DNA of 52,450 nt from a virus (Duplodnaviria; Caudoviricetes): IMG/VR virus record IMGVR_UViG_3300017909_003089, positions 1 through 52,450 of that record; one strand, written 5' to 3'. This document shows positions 16,648-27,233 of the stretch, piece by piece; the first letter of the stretch is position 1, and every line of letters starts with the position of its first letter. The notes under the pieces are model-generated. The model was not told the DNA's origin. It ran no database searches and was given only the letters and a program-made list of their open reading frames with translations. A program made the position numbers and the translations under genes.

Positions 16648-18935
16648 GAGTCACAATCCTCATCTTCGATATCTGGTGACGTACCACTTTCATAAGTGTG
16701 TAATTCTTCAACCATTTCACCCGCACCGTCATATGTATTGAAATAATATAATTGCTTCAATCCATATTTGTATGCGGTCACTAAGTCCTGTATCATTACG
16801 GACATAGGTATCTTATTATCCTCATAGTGTTCTGGATTATAAGATGTGTTAACCGAAATACCTTGGTCGATATATTTTTGTAATATACCACAGATGCCAA
16901 GATAGCCTGCCGGTGACTTTTGGTCCCAGAGTAAATCGTACTTGTTCTTAAGGTGGTGATAACCTGGTACTACTTGTGCCATTACACCATCTTTACTTTG
17001 TTTATATGATACTAAAGCTCTAGGAGGTTCAATACCATTTGTACTATTACTAATCTGAGCAGATGTTTCAGCCGGCATTAATGCCATGAGAGTAGAGTTT
17101 CGAATACCTGTTTCTCTGAGTTGCTTTCGCAAATCTTCCCACGGTAGACGTTCCTTATGCTCTGATAAATTATCTATCGCTCTCTTGTAAGTATCGATAG
17201 GAAGTATCCCTTTGGAATATTTCGTATCATTATTATATATTAGTTTTCCTTTTTCAACAGCTAGGTTTGCTGACGCTTTAATCAAATAATATGACCATGC
17301 TTCTGCAAATTCATCTACTATATCATATGCGGATTCATCATATTTAAGTCCACGTTTAGCTAGGAAATATGCTAGATTAATAATACCTATACCTAATGGT
17401 CTTCTATTCTCAGTTCCTCTTTGCGCAGCGAACACTGGATAATCTTGGTAATCTAATAATTCGTCGAGAGCTCTAACAGATAAGTCACAATACTTTTCAA
17501 ACTCATGTGGCTCATTTATTAAACCCCAGTTGATTGCTGATAAAGTACATAAAGAAATTTCACCATCATCAACAGGACCATCGTCCATAGGTTTAGTTGG
17601 TAAATCGATTTCACAACATAAATTACTCATGTGAATCGGTGCGACCTTAGGGTCAAAAGAACTATGATCATTTGCATGGTCAACATTCATTAGATATATT
17701 CTACCTGTATCTTTTCTTTCTGTTAAAAACATTTGGAATACTTCAAGAGCTGGCAATGTTTTCTTTCGAATAGAATATGCTCTTTCGTATTTTTCGTATA
17801 GTTCTTTAAATAAATCTTGGTCAGCAAAGAATGCTTCATATAATCCCGGTACATCATTAGGGTCAAAGAATGTTATATTACCACCAGTTAACAATCTTTC
17901 ATACATTAGTTTATTAAACTGGAATGCATAATCCATATGACGGACTCTTGTTTCTTCTGTACCTTTATTATTTTTGAGTACTACTAAATCTTCAAACTCA
18001 TAATGCCATACAGGTAGATATACTGTGGCCGCTCCACCTCTTACGCCACCTTGTGAACATGACTTAACAGCTGATTGGAAATATTTTAAGAATGGTATTA
18101 AACCTGTATGTACTACAGAACCATCACCTATCTTTGCACCTAGTGCTCTTATACCACCAGCACCGATTCCAATCCCAGCTTTCTTACTTATGTATTTAAC
18201 AATAGATGAAGCAGTAGCATTAATAGAGTCAAGACTATCCCCAGACTCAATAAGAACACATGAGCTAAACTGTCTAGTAGGTGTTCTAACTCCCGCCATG
18301 ATTGGCGTAGGTAACGAAATGTAAAATTGCGATATCGCATCATAGTAATCCTTTACGTATTTTAATCTGTTTTCTTTATATCCACTAAAGAGTGTAGCCG
18401 CGACCATCATGTATAACATCTGTGGCGTTTCATAATGTGTCTTATCTCTTCGGTCTTGAACTAAATATTTACCACGAAACTGTTCCATACCTGCATATGT
18501 AAATGTATCGTCTCTATCGTGTTTAATATAATCATTAAGTTCATCAATTTCATCTGGGCTATAATTTTGCATTATGGCTCCATCATATACTCCACGGTCG
18601 ACATTTGAAACTATAAGTTCTCTTAAATGCCATGGAGTATAATCTCCGTAAACTTCTTTTCTTAATTTATAAGATATAAGTCTAGCCGCTACGAATTGGT
18701 AATTTGGAGTTTGTTCTGATATAAGTTCAGATGCAGATTTAATTAATAACTCATGAATGTCATAAGCTGGAATTTTATCATAAAGCTGAATGTTTGCTTT
18801 AAGTTCAATCTCTGACATAGATACACCGCTGATATCTTCAACAGCCCATTCTAAAACTTTATGTACTTTATCTAAATCGAAAGGTTGAATACTTCCATCT
18901 CTTTTTGTGACGTTCATTGTGTTTATCCCATTCAT
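16635..18935 (-). CDS. nrdA: Ribonucleotide reductase class Ia alpha subunit
   Basis: ATP cone VTKRDG, FSSC, SNLCCEI, C-terminal CDSC. Confidence 0.97.
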   Translation of the reverse strand: MNGINTMNVTKRDGSIQPFDLDKVHKVLEWAVEDISGVSMSEIELKANIQLYDKIPAYDIHELLIKSASELISEQTPNYQFVAARLISYKLRKEVYGDYTPWHLRELIVSNVDRGVYDGAIMQNYSPDEIDELNDYIKHDRDDTFTYAGMEQFRGKYLVQDRRDKTHYETPQMLYMMVAATLFSGYKENRLKYVKDYYDAISQFYISLPTPIMAGVRTPTRQFSSCVLIESGDSLDSINATASSIVKYISKKAGIGIGAGGIRALGAKIGDGSVVHTGLIPFLKYFQSAVKSCSQGGVRGGAATVYLPVWHYEFEDLVVLKNNKGTEETRVRHMDYAFQFNKLMYERLLTGGNITFFDPNDVPGLYEAFFADQDLFKELYEKYERAYSIRKKTLPALEVFQMFLTERKDTGRIYLMNVDHANDHSSFDPKVAPIHMSNLCCEIDLPTKPMDDGPVDDGEISLCTLSAINWGLINEPHEFEKYCDLSVRALDELLDYQDYPVFAAQRGTENRRPLGIGIINLAYFLAKRGLKYDESAYDIVDEFAEAWSYYLIKASANLAVEKGKLIYNNDTKYSKGILPIDTYKRAIDNLSEHKERLPWEDLRKQLRETGIRNSTLMALMPAETSAQISNSTNGIEPPRALVSYKQSKDGVMAQVVPGYHHLKNKYDLLWDQKSPAGYLGICGILQKYIDQGISVNTSYNPEHYEDNKIPMSVMIQDLVTAYKYGLKQLYYFNTYDGAGEMVEELHTYESGTSPDIEDEDCDSCKI

Positions 18936-18945
18936 AATAATATAT

Positions 18946-18974
18946 ATTATACCACAGTTTACTTTATATGTAAA
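18946..18974 (-). promoter_or_regulatory. Sigma70-type early promoter of nrdA
   Basis: TTTACA-17nt-TATAAT; 10 nt to first ATG. Confidence 0.85.
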
Positions 18975-19259
18975 CTACTTTTTTTCTAATTCTTCTATTC
19001 TTTTTACCAAATCGTGGTAACCATCAAAATCTTCTAAGCAGATTGGTGGGTGAGAATCTCGTTCTAAAACGGCGATTCTTTTTGATATGCCTGGGTACTT
19101 TTCGTGAAACTTTTTCTCTTGTTTGATTATATCAATACCAAGTTTCTTTTCGCACCATGCATCTAGTTTTAACAACCAAGGATGTAGTGGTTTAAAGGCT
19201 ATATTCTTTGAAGCTAGAGAAAATATAAGTTTTAATACTTTTAATATTAAACCCCACAT
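18975..19259 (-). CDS. Hypothetical protein
   Basis: 94-aa ORF coupled to spanin genes. Confidence 0.65.
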   Translation of the reverse strand: MWGLILKVLKLIFSLASKNIAFKPLHPWLLKLDAWCEKKLGIDIIKQEKKFHEKYPGISKRIAVLERDSHPPICLEDFDGYHDLVKRIEELEKK

Positions 19260-19756
19260 TAGTTCTTCTCTACTTCAATTCCTACGCCTTCCTCACCATT
19301 TGGTAAAGTTACGTTACGATAATAAACTATAACTTCACCTAATTCTCTAATATATCTTCGAATCTCTTGATTATTAACTGTCATTTGTTTATAATCACCA
19401 ACAGTTGTAGCTACAAAAACAACATCTCCGTTATTTTGAGCTTTCATTTCGTCAAGAAATCTATCAAGGTATGTATATCCTACTGGCCAATCTGGATTTT
19501 CTCTATCCTCTAACTCACATGACTTAGGTCTTTTAGTTTCACCTTCAACCTTTTTACATGGGTTAGCAATTCTAGCTTCAGATACAACATACCATTTTGG
19601 AGTATTTAAAGAGACTTCCCTAGGCAGGGTTGGTTGTATGATTTGTAACTCTATCGGTTTAGATACAACTTCAACTTGTTTAGTTCCTAATAGTGAACAT
19701 CCACTAATCAGAACTATCGTTGCCAAGGTCACTAATGTTTTTAGTGTCATTTTCAA
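19259..19756 (-). CDS. Outer-membrane lipoprotein, o-spanin-like
   Basis: Lipobox LISGC; C-terminal IRRYIRELGEVIVYY; overlaps upstream i-spanin-like gene. Confidence 0.7.
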   Translation of the reverse strand: MKMTLKTLVTLATIVLISGCSLLGTKQVEVVSKPIELQIIQPTLPREVSLNTPKWYVVSEARIANPCKKVEGETKRPKSCELEDRENPDWPVGYTYLDRFLDEMKAQNNGDVVFVATTVGDYKQMTVNNQEIRRYIRELGEVIVYYRNVTLPNGEEGVGIEVEKN

Positions 19757-20084
19757 TCTCCTTTATCACTTCTTCTGTTCCTTTATTAAATCTGATTTCC
19801 ATTAAACCAGGTTTAGCAATGGCCAGTTTTTCAAAATTATGTTTAGATAATATACTTAAATACTTATCCTTATCTGCTTCAATCTGAGCATTCTTACGAG
19901 CAAGATTAGACAATTCTTTTCCTTGCCTCTCATAATTCTCTTTGATTGTATTTATGGTTTGCTTCTGTTCTTCAACAGCTGCTTCGAGTTTTACATTATT
20001 TGCGGAAAGTGTTTGATTCTCATTATATAACCAATAACCACCTAATCCTAATACTAATATAATTCCTATCAATACTTGTTGCAT
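19704..20084 (-). CDS. Inner-membrane spanin-like protein
   Basis: N-terminal TM helix, long coiled coil, AKPGL. Confidence 0.7.
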   Translation of the reverse strand: MQQVLIGIILVLGLGGYWLYNENQTLSANNVKLEAAVEEQKQTINTIKENYERQGKELSNLARKNAQIEADKDKYLSILSKHNFEKLAIAKPGLMEIRFNKGTEEVIKEIENDTKNISDLGNDSSD

Positions 20085-20314
20085 TACTGTTCCTCTATTC
20101 TATATCTCAATCCGCTTTCGCATTTAATATTAATACTTTTCTTATCTTCATCAATAAACCTTAATTCTTTAAATGTTTGTTTACTGATTTTACGAACATT
20201 CTTGAATGTTCTATCATCTGCATTACCCCATTCACTATCATACGAAATATGAATAGTATATCGTGTGGTAAATAAATCTATAAACCAATTAATTATTCTT
20301 TTTACGTGATTCAC
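20084..20314 (-). CDS. Hypothetical protein
   Basis: 76-aa ORF, translationally coupled. Confidence 0.6.
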   Translation of the reverse strand: MNHVKRIINWFIDLFTTRYTIHISYDSEWGNADDRTFKNVRKISKQTFKELRFIDEDKKSINIKCESGLRYRIEEQ

Positions 20315-20528
20315 GAGCTGCTCTCCTAGCGAGGATTCTATTTAAAAATTCTTTAGCCTCTTTAGTTCTGCCATCATAACGTTTCAAAACTTTTTTCTTT
20401 TTACCTGTTTGTTTATCAAATACTGCATCAGACGGAAGTGATACACCTCCTCCACCTACTGAGTTAGCTGCAGCCTCTTCCCACTGTTGAATATATTCTT
20501 GGAATGATTTTGTATATTTTGTTGCCAT
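20289..20528 (-). CDS. Small putative head/core protein
   Basis: TKSFQEY...EEAAANSVGGG, YDGRTKE. Confidence 0.6.
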   Translation of the reverse strand: MATKYTKSFQEYIQQWEEAAANSVGGGGVSLPSDAVFDKQTGKKKKVLKRYDGRTKEAKEFLNRILARRAARESRKKNN

Positions 20529-21122
20529 TTATCTCTCTATATCGTATTGTGAAATATAAACTTTTCTATTTGTTAAAATATGTTTAGCTTCATATATATT
20601 TATATTTAAAACTTTATCAACAGGAACTGTAAAATCTTCACACCTAACTTTTGTACCCTTTTTAAATATAGGGTCTCCTGTTGTTTCATCACAAATATTT
20701 TGCTTTAAAATATATGTGCCTGGTTTAAGTTCTTCAAAATCATTTATGTATAAACTACTTTCATAAATAAAATCATTTAAAGTTAATTCAGCTTTACTTA
20801 AAGCAATTTCAATTTCTTCATCAGACATACCTGTTTGTTCTCTAATTAAAAACAGTGCTGATGCATAAGAACCAAGTTTACCAAGTGGAATAATCTTTTT
20901 AAGATTAAATACTAATCTATGAAAAACAGTATAAGAATTTTTTTCGTCTTTAGTTACTCGTTCTTTACCTTTTTTAAGTACCTTCCCTTTGGCATCTATT
21001 ACGCCAAATTTAAAAGCATCTGTTTTTTCAAAAGGCGTGACCAATAGTTTTAAAAAACGAACAGCATAAGCAAAATCTGCTATTGCTTTTAATGATTCTC
21101 TAACTAATACTCTTTGTGTCAT
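20529..21122 (-). CDS. Conserved T4-like hypothetical protein
   Basis: RFLKLLVTPF, FHRLVFNLKK. Confidence 0.75.
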   Translation of the reverse strand: MTQRVLVRESLKAIADFAYAVRFLKLLVTPFEKTDAFKFGVIDAKGKVLKKGKERVTKDEKNSYTVFHRLVFNLKKIIPLGKLGSYASALFLIREQTGMSDEEIEIALSKAELTLNDFIYESSLYINDFEELKPGTYILKQNICDETTGDPIFKKGTKVRCEDFTVPVDKVLNINIYEAKHILTNRKVYISQYDIER

Positions 21123-21487
21123 AACTTTCTTAATACATCTACTATGTATGGGTCCATTGGTATTTCTACCTTTTCTTCTTCTGGTAAATAATGTAAGTAC
21201 ACTAGAAATGGTTTAATCATATTCCAATGTTCTTCATTAATTTTAAACCACATCATTTTATTACAAGCATCAATACCAAACACATTATATAAAACTATTA
21301 TATGGTTGAGTATTAATCTCTCTTGTAAATCACCAGTAAGCTCGTATCGTTTAAGCAATCTTTTTAAGTATTTAAATCTACTTAAGTCTTGTTTAAACTC
21401 TTCTATGTCTAAGCAATCTGGATTATCATAGTGCTTAGCTGCATAAAGCTTAAAATTCCTATGTGTCAATTTATCAAAGTTTTTCAT
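21119..21487 (-). CDS. Conserved T4-like hypothetical protein
   Basis: YDNP.C...RFKYLKRL...RLILNHIIVLYNVF. Confidence 0.8.
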   Translation of the reverse strand: MKNFDKLTHRNFKLYAAKHYDNPDCLDIEEFKQDLSRFKYLKRLLKRYELTGDLQERLILNHIIVLYNVFGIDACNKMMWFKINEEHWNMIKPFLVYLHYLPEEEKVEIPMDPYIVDVLRKL

Positions 21488-21515
21488 ATTATAAAATTAT
21501 ATATAACTTTATATA

Positions 21516-22226
21516 TTAGTCGCTTTCGTTATCAGCTTCGTAATTTTTATCCACGTAATTAAAAAATTCTTTTTTCTTATCTCCTTCAAGTTCAGCAGGT
21601 GATTTAACACCATACTTTTTCAAAGCAGCTTGAAAGAATTTTTGATATTTTTCTTTTTTACTTTCTTCTTTAGTAACCTTTTCCTCAACTGATTCTTTTT
21701 TAAGAGCTTTGATTTTATCTTCAAGCTTATCTATTTTATTTTGAGCTGATTGCCATAGGCCTTGGTAAAAATCCTCAGAGTCGTCCATCTTTTCTTTATC
21801 AATTTTTCCGTCTCTGAATTCTTTTTCTCTTTTATCTAACCTATCATCAGCGTCTTTTTGTTTTTTCTTAAGATCTTTAATCTCATCAGTATAAGATTTG
21901 AGTTTAGCAGCTTTTTTATCGCCTGATGTATCAGTACCAGCTACTTTATCAACTCCTCTTTGAATTCCTTTCTTAGCTTTTGAGGCGGCCTTTTTAGCAA
22001 ATCCCAATATCTCATCAACTTGTTCTTTATCTTCTTTAGTAACTGAGCCGTCTGGGTTCTCACCTGACTTCTTAATTACATGTTTCTTTTTGAATTCCTT
22101 TTCCTTTCCAGGTCTAGGTTCTTCAACCTCTTTTACGTTTTTCTTTTCTTTTTTGACAGCCTTTCCTTCCAACACATCTTTTACGACGGATGCAATCTCT
22201 AGGCCCTCTTTATCAGTAAGTTTCAT
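21516..22226 (-). CDS. Lys/Glu-rich putative prohead core/internal protein
   Basis: Highly charged; many xE sites; C-terminal KYQKFFQAALKKYGVKSP. Confidence 0.6.
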   Translation of the reverse strand: MKLTDKEGLEIASVVKDVLEGKAVKKEKKNVKEVEEPRPGKEKEFKKKHVIKKSGENPDGSVTKEDKEQVDEILGFAKKAASKAKKGIQRGVDKVAGTDTSGDKKAAKLKSYTDEIKDLKKKQKDADDRLDKREKEFRDGKIDKEKMDDSEDFYQGLWQSAQNKIDKLEDKIKALKKESVEEKVTKEESKKEKYQKFFQAALKKYGVKSPAELEGDKKKEFFNYVDKNYEADNESD

Positions 22227-22231
22227 TTCTG

Positions 22232-22555
22232 TTATCCTCCGTTAAAGTAACCACTGTGTAATACCATTTCCCAAGTAAATGCTGATATTAAACCAACAAC
22301 AATTACCCAGAAAACTTTATTAATTAAAGCAACAGTATTGGAATTGCCTGTCGCCAAACCTTCCACTCTGTCTATTCTATTTATAAGATTTTGTATCTGT
22401 TCTGACTGTTGTTTACTAAAACTTGTGAGCGTATGTATTTTCTCTTCAGCTCTAGCTAACATAACAATAGCCTCTCCCATCTGGTCAATCTTTTCTTCAA
22501 TTCTATCCAACCTTTGAGATTGGATTGTATAAACTTGTTTATTTTCATCACTCAT
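22232..22555 (-). CDS. Coiled-coil protein with C-terminal TM helix
   Basis: RLDRIEEKID...LARAEEK then hydrophobic helix. Confidence 0.7.
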   Translation of the reverse strand: MSDENKQVYTIQSQRLDRIEEKIDQMGEAIVMLARAEEKIHTLTSFSKQQSEQIQNLINRIDRVEGLATGNSNTVALINKVFWVIVVGLISAFTWEMVLHSGYFNGG

Positions 22556-22844
22556 TTCTGAATATAACCCTACATTTAAGAGGAGTTACTCCTCTGATTA
22601 ATCTATGGTATTCTCCTTTTTTAATTTCAAAAATCATACCTTCTTCTAACAAATATGGCAAACAATTCTCGTATTGAAATTGCCAACCTTCTCCCTCAAG
22701 TACTTCAATCTCACGGTTCTCTTTGTCCCGATGCCATACATATTCAGAATCATCTCGTGTAGGATAGAAAGTCCTTACGACTCCACCTATTTCTACTTCC
22801 TCAATAAAAGGAAAGTTTAGTTTACCAGAAATAGTTGCCGCCAC
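22548..22844 (-). CDS. Cupin-like protein
   Basis: WHRD.E.R and YHRL cupin motifs. Confidence 0.7.
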   Translation of the reverse strand: MAATISGKLNFPFIEEVEIGGVVRTFYPTRDDSEYVWHRDKENREIEVLEGEGWQFQYENCLPYLLEEGMIFEIKKGEYHRLIRGVTPLKCRVIFRNE

Positions 22845-23193
22845 CTTTCATCCCTAGTTCTTTTGCAAATTTTGGTAATCTGCATGCCCAGTATCCTGCT
22901 TTCATCTTATCTGTTTTTGTATCACAGTTATGTCTAGTAGCAAAATTCCTAGCCGCATCTCGATCATTTATCTTTGCAGATAAACCACCCTTTGCATCTC
23001 CAAAGTTAATCTTCTTTACATTACCTGTCTTTGGATCCTTTACGTATACAACATACTTACTTGGACCAGAAGATCTTTTTGGTTTATTTAATTCAGGTTC
23101 TTCTATCATAGGCATTTCTAAAGGTACATATTTACCTTCATAAAGGTCAAACCTTTTTTTCCATTCAGTAAATGTTTTAACCTCCGAACTCAT
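22822..23193 (-). CDS. Hypothetical basic protein
   Basis: KYVVYVKDPKTGNVKKINFGD, FATRHNC, AGYWAC; start uncertain. Confidence 0.7.
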   Translation of the reverse strand: MSSEVKTFTEWKKRFDLYEGKYVPLEMPMIEEPELNKPKRSSGPSKYVVYVKDPKTGNVKKINFGDAKGGLSAKINDRDAARNFATRHNCDTKTDKMKAGYWACRLPKFAKELGMKGGGNYFW

Positions 23194-23728
23194 GCCCTGC
23201 AACCCTTCTCATTTGTCTTTTAAATTCTGCGTAATCTGGTTTCTTTCTGTAGAGTTTAATAGATATTTCATCTCGCTCTTTACCTTTTATTCTCCACTTA
23301 TAACCTTTTTCTTTATGCTCTGGTTTAGTTGTTGGAACAACTCTTCTTTTGAATCCATCTTCCCAAGATTCACCTTTCTTTTTTCCTGTTCCTTCATTTG
23401 CTATAACTTTTTTTAGAGTACCTTTAGGTGGTAATTGACCCATTCTTGTATAATAGTTATAAGCTTTTTTTCTATCTTCTTGACCTTTTAATATTTTATC
23501 TATTTCTCTTTTTACACTTGGTGATAATTTATGTTTACCTTTTGGTCCATCTAATTTAAATCCAGGTCTAGGTTTACTTCTTTTATTCATGTGTGTAAAA
23601 CCTTCTTCTACTTCTTCTTTAGGAACACAATTAGGAACTTTTTTACCGTTCTTCATTTTAGTACCAACCTGGACATAACCTGGCCAACATGGTCCTTTAT
23701 TTTCGAAGAATGTTTTAAAATCTTTCAT
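23177..23728 (-). CDS. Modular basic putative internal head protein
   Basis: MKDFKTFFE; CWPGY...VPNCVP module. Confidence 0.7.
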   Translation of the reverse strand: MKDFKTFFENKGPCWPGYVQVGTKMKNGKKVPNCVPKEEVEEGFTHMNKRSKPRPGFKLDGPKGKHKLSPSVKREIDKILKGQEDRKKAYNYYTRMGQLPPKGTLKKVIANEGTGKKKGESWEDGFKRRVVPTTKPEHKEKGYKWRIKGKERDEISIKLYRKKPDYAEFKRQMRRVAGHEFGG

Positions 23729-24126
23729 TATGCTCCACCTCTTGAACCTGGCTTTTTACTTCTAAATCCTTTCTCTAAATTATATAGGAAGGCTCTATTC
23801 TTTTGCTGACCCTTAGTAGTTATTCTTAAACCAACAAGTCTACCAATATTGTTTGCTAATTCAGACTTTCCTTGTTTAAGTTCTTTTTCTAATTTAGCTT
23901 GAACATCTTTTAACATAATTTTAATTACGTTTGGTATATCAGCAACCAATGCACTTCTTTCATCGAGTTTACCACCCATTACAAGAGTAGATAATTGATT
24001 CACTACTGTTTGCAATACAGTTGCATTCATAGTACTTAAAGTAGTCATTTGGTCTTTAGTAATACCTTTAACCTTTTTAAGCTTTTTAATTAATGCTTGT
24101 CTGTTAAACTCTTTAAAACTTTTCAT
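23728..24126 (-). CDS. Putative internal head protein
   Basis: Starts MKSFKEF. Confidence 0.65.
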   Translation of the reverse strand: MKSFKEFNRQALIKKLKKVKGITKDQMTTLSTMNATVLQTVVNQLSTLVMGGKLDERSALVADIPNVIKIMLKDVQAKLEKELKQGKSELANNIGRLVGLRITTKGQQKNRAFLYNLEKGFRSKKPGSRGGA

Positions 24127-24668
24127 TACTTATCGTCTATAATTAAATCCATTGGGTCTCTAATTTCCAATGTAATACCTGGTGAAAATCTAACTTGTCC
24201 GCCTTTTACACTATCATAACCTCTAAGTGGTTTACTTCTAAAAGAACCCTTCATAGCTCTCATCATTGCTTTAAGTTCAGCTTGGTCTTCAGTACCTTGA
24301 ATCATTATAGAAAAATCATCTTGCATTCTGTAATAATCTTGTACATCTTCCATTGAGAGCGAATCTTCTTTAATCCATCTTCCGCCTTTATGTCCTTTCA
24401 TACCTATAAGTAAAAAAGTACCTTCTGGTAATTTAGCTTTCTTTTGCATTTGTAATACATAGTCAAGAACAATATCATATCCTTTTCTCATACACCAATC
24501 ACCCCACATTTTTGTGAGTTTCTTTTCATCAAGTTTGGACATTTTAACTTTCTCAACATGTTTCTTAAATGATTGAGCGACTACGCCACCAATTCTTGAC
24601 ATTGACCCTGCAGGTCTATATGCCTTTTCGTATAAATTTTTTCTTATTTCTTTAAATGATCTTTTCAT
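24126..24668 (-). CDS. Putative internal head protein
   Basis: Starts MKRSFKEIR after GGAG SD. Confidence 0.65.
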   Translation of the reverse strand: MKRSFKEIRKNLYEKAYRPAGSMSRIGGVVAQSFKKHVEKVKMSKLDEKKLTKMWGDWCMRKGYDIVLDYVLQMQKKAKLPEGTFLLIGMKGHKGGRWIKEDSLSMEDVQDYYRMQDDFSIMIQGTEDQAELKAMMRAMKGSFRSKPLRGYDSVKGGQVRFSPGITLEIRDPMDLIIDDK

Positions 24669-24669
24669 C

Positions 24670-25836
24670 TTAACTCCACTTAGGTGCTTTCTTTCTTTTA
24701 CCAACTCTCATTTTATCGATAGTAACTTCTTCGATTTCTTCTCTTACTCCAATCATATGTCCAATTGAAGCCCAGATTTCTTCTCTAGTCATTGTATCAT
24801 TCCAACCTAAATCTCTTGGGAATTTTTTAATTTCTGCACTTACTGCATCCCAGATTTCATCTGCTAAGTCGGTTGCTTTATTGGCTCCACCAGCTTTTCT
24901 GCCTTTAGCTACATTTTTTAAAACATCATTTAGTTTACTATTAAATTTAGTATTCTTCTTTTCATCATTTGATACAAATGCAAAATAGTAATCACCATCT
25001 CTTACTGGATAATCAAGTGATATCCAAGCTTTAGGTCTTGCTGATTTTGCTGATGAATAATCATTTTTTAAATCTTGAAATTGGTCCATAGCTAGGTTAT
25101 ATTTTTTCTGTATTTTTCTAGCTTCTCCATCAGATATCTTTTTAGATAGTGCTTCAGAAATTACGCCTTCTAATAAATCAGGATATAGTTCTTCAATATC
25201 CTCATCGTCCATCATATATGCATCTGATTGCAGAAGTTTAATGATATTAGCTTTATTACCAATTATATCAGCGGATGTTCTACCTGATGATTTAATTTTT
25301 ACCTTAAACTTCTTTTCCAACTTTTTTGTTAAATCAGAGTCGCCAATATAATCAACATCAGCTGTACCCTTTCCTTTACCTGGCTTTACTTTTTCAATAA
25401 CAGTTTCTTGTGGATTATTTTCTGTAACCCATTCTGACATTGCTTGAATTGCAAATGAATTTGATTTAGCAATTATTTTCTTATCATCAGATTTAACTCT
25501 TACTACATAGTGACCACCTTGTTGCTTTTCACTACTTACAACTTCTAGACCTTTAAGCTTTAATGCTTTCATCATAAACTTATTAAGGCTTTGCTTATCA
25601 AAGAATGCGTATGAAAAGTTTAGCTCACTTAATGTTTCTTCGTTTACACTTTCATTTGCTAGTCTTAAAGCATCTTTAACCATTGGGTCGTCCCCTAACC
25701 CACGTTTCATTTTTTCGATTTTCTTATAAGCACCAGTCATATTACCACCCATGTCAAGAGCAATCTTAACAGCTGCAGCAACTAGAGACGCTGGGAACTT
25801 ACTTCTGTATTTTTCTCTAATTTCTTTAAATTTCAT
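24670..25836 (-). CDS. Modular putative internal head protein
   Basis: MKFKEIRE; segments separated by xxE linkers. Confidence 0.65.
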   Translation of the reverse strand: MKFKEIREKYRSKFPASLVAAAVKIALDMGGNMTGAYKKIEKMKRGLGDDPMVKDALRLANESVNEETLSELNFSYAFFDKQSLNKFMMKALKLKGLEVVSSEKQQGGHYVVRVKSDDKKIIAKSNSFAIQAMSEWVTENNPQETVIEKVKPGKGKGTADVDYIGDSDLTKKLEKKFKVKIKSSGRTSADIIGNKANIIKLLQSDAYMMDDEDIEELYPDLLEGVISEALSKKISDGEARKIQKKYNLAMDQFQDLKNDYSSAKSARPKAWISLDYPVRDGDYYFAFVSNDEKKNTKFNSKLNDVLKNVAKGRKAGGANKATDLADEIWDAVSAEIKKFPRDLGWNDTMTREEIWASIGHMIGVREEIEEVTIDKMRVGKRKKAPKWS

Positions 25837-25845
25837 TTTTTTCTC

Positions 25846-27213
25846 CTAAACTTTAGCGGCAAGGTCTTTATCGGCGCCTCCCCATGTACCTTTTGATTTG
25901 GTAACAAAAGAATTCACTCTTGCTAATCCCCATTGTACAGGCGTAGTACCTGGTCTGTGTCCAGTTCTCCAAGCAGCTACTCCTCTATCAAAAACTTTTT
26001 TCAAAATACCATAAGGCATACCAGACTTATCAGCTTTCTTTCTCAATGCCTTTTTAGTATCTTGTTCTGTGACTGTAAAATCTTCAAATGTTAAATGTTC
26101 TGCCATCTCACCATACATTTGTTTAAATTTCTTAGTATGTTTTGATGGTTTAGTTTTAGCTGTTGCATCGCCTGGTGCTGGCTCATATGCCTTTGGATTA
26201 TCATCGTCCATTTTAGACTTTTTGGCAAAATGCGCAGCTCTTTTTGTTTTCGTTGATTTTGTTTTTATACCTTTATAATATCCAGCAGGCTGTGATCCTT
26301 TTCTATCTTTAATATCAGGGTCTTGTTTAACTTCTGAAAACGGAGTTGCTTTTAAATAATTCTTCAACGTTTTCTTAGTACCTACTTCATTATATTCTGT
26401 AATTTTTTCAACAGCATCTAACCAATATCTCTTTTTATTGTTATCTGTTTCTACGATTACATAGTTAGCACCGCAATGTGCGATTACACCTTCTTCATTT
26501 GATTCTTTAATGCGAACTTTATTTCCTGTTGTATATAGACTTCCTTCAATATACTCTTCTCTTGTTTCTGATACTGGAGATAATTGAATATGTTTTCTAA
26601 ATGAGTTCTTTTCTTTTAAACCCATTCCTTTTCTAACCGCATTAAATAAATCATTAGGATGGTATCCTGAAGGCAATCCTTTAGAAAAGCCTTCAAGATC
26701 ATTTTGTTGAGCGGCCATTCGCATCTTTGAAGCTGACATCCCAGTTGCGCCATCTGCATCTGGGTCCCTGTCTCCTGCGCTAACTATATTAATAGCACCT
26801 TGGAATTCGTAAAAACCGTGTCTTGATTTGACACCGTTGTATTTGTTTAGTAATATATCAAATTCTTTTATTCTATCTGACCCTGCAACCATAGTTACTT
26901 TAGTAAACCCTTGGTCATATAATTTAACTGCAATATCTAAAACAGTTCTTACATCTTTATCCGACATGACATTTCGTGCATGTTTTGGAAACATTTTTCT
27001 TAAGAATTTGATTTTATCTTTGAACTGAAGTGGATTCTTTTTGCTATCCACTGATCTTGATGCATATATACGATATGCTCCTCCACGGCTGATTTTTTTC
27101 AGAGTATCAAATAATTTTTCATGACCAATCGTTGGAGGATTAAATCTTCCAAATACGAAAGTAACTTCTTTTGTTGACTCTGTTAAAAAATCGCTAAATG
27201 ATTTAACTGACAT
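25846..27213 (-). CDS. Cytidylyltransferase-like (HIGH superfamily) protein with basic C-terminal modules
   Basis: FGRFNPPTIGH, AGSDR, MSASKMR; C-terminal RGVAAWRTGHRPG module. Confidence 0.8.
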   Translation of the reverse strand: MSVKSFSDFLTESTKEVTFVFGRFNPPTIGHEKLFDTLKKISRGGAYRIYASRSVDSKKNPLQFKDKIKFLRKMFPKHARNVMSDKDVRTVLDIAVKLYDQGFTKVTMVAGSDRIKEFDILLNKYNGVKSRHGFYEFQGAINIVSAGDRDPDADGATGMSASKMRMAAQQNDLEGFSKGLPSGYHPNDLFNAVRKGMGLKEKNSFRKHIQLSPVSETREEYIEGSLYTTGNKVRIKESNEEGVIAHCGANYVIVETDNNKKRYWLDAVEKITEYNEVGTKKTLKNYLKATPFSEVKQDPDIKDRKGSQPAGYYKGIKTKSTKTKRAAHFAKKSKMDDDNPKAYEPAPGDATAKTKPSKHTKKFKQMYGEMAEHLTFEDFTVTEQDTKKALRKKADKSGMPYGILKKVFDRGVAAWRTGHRPGTTPVQWGLARVNSFVTKSKGTWGGADKDLAAKV

Positions 27214-27233
27214 TTATTTCCTCGGTATCCCAT

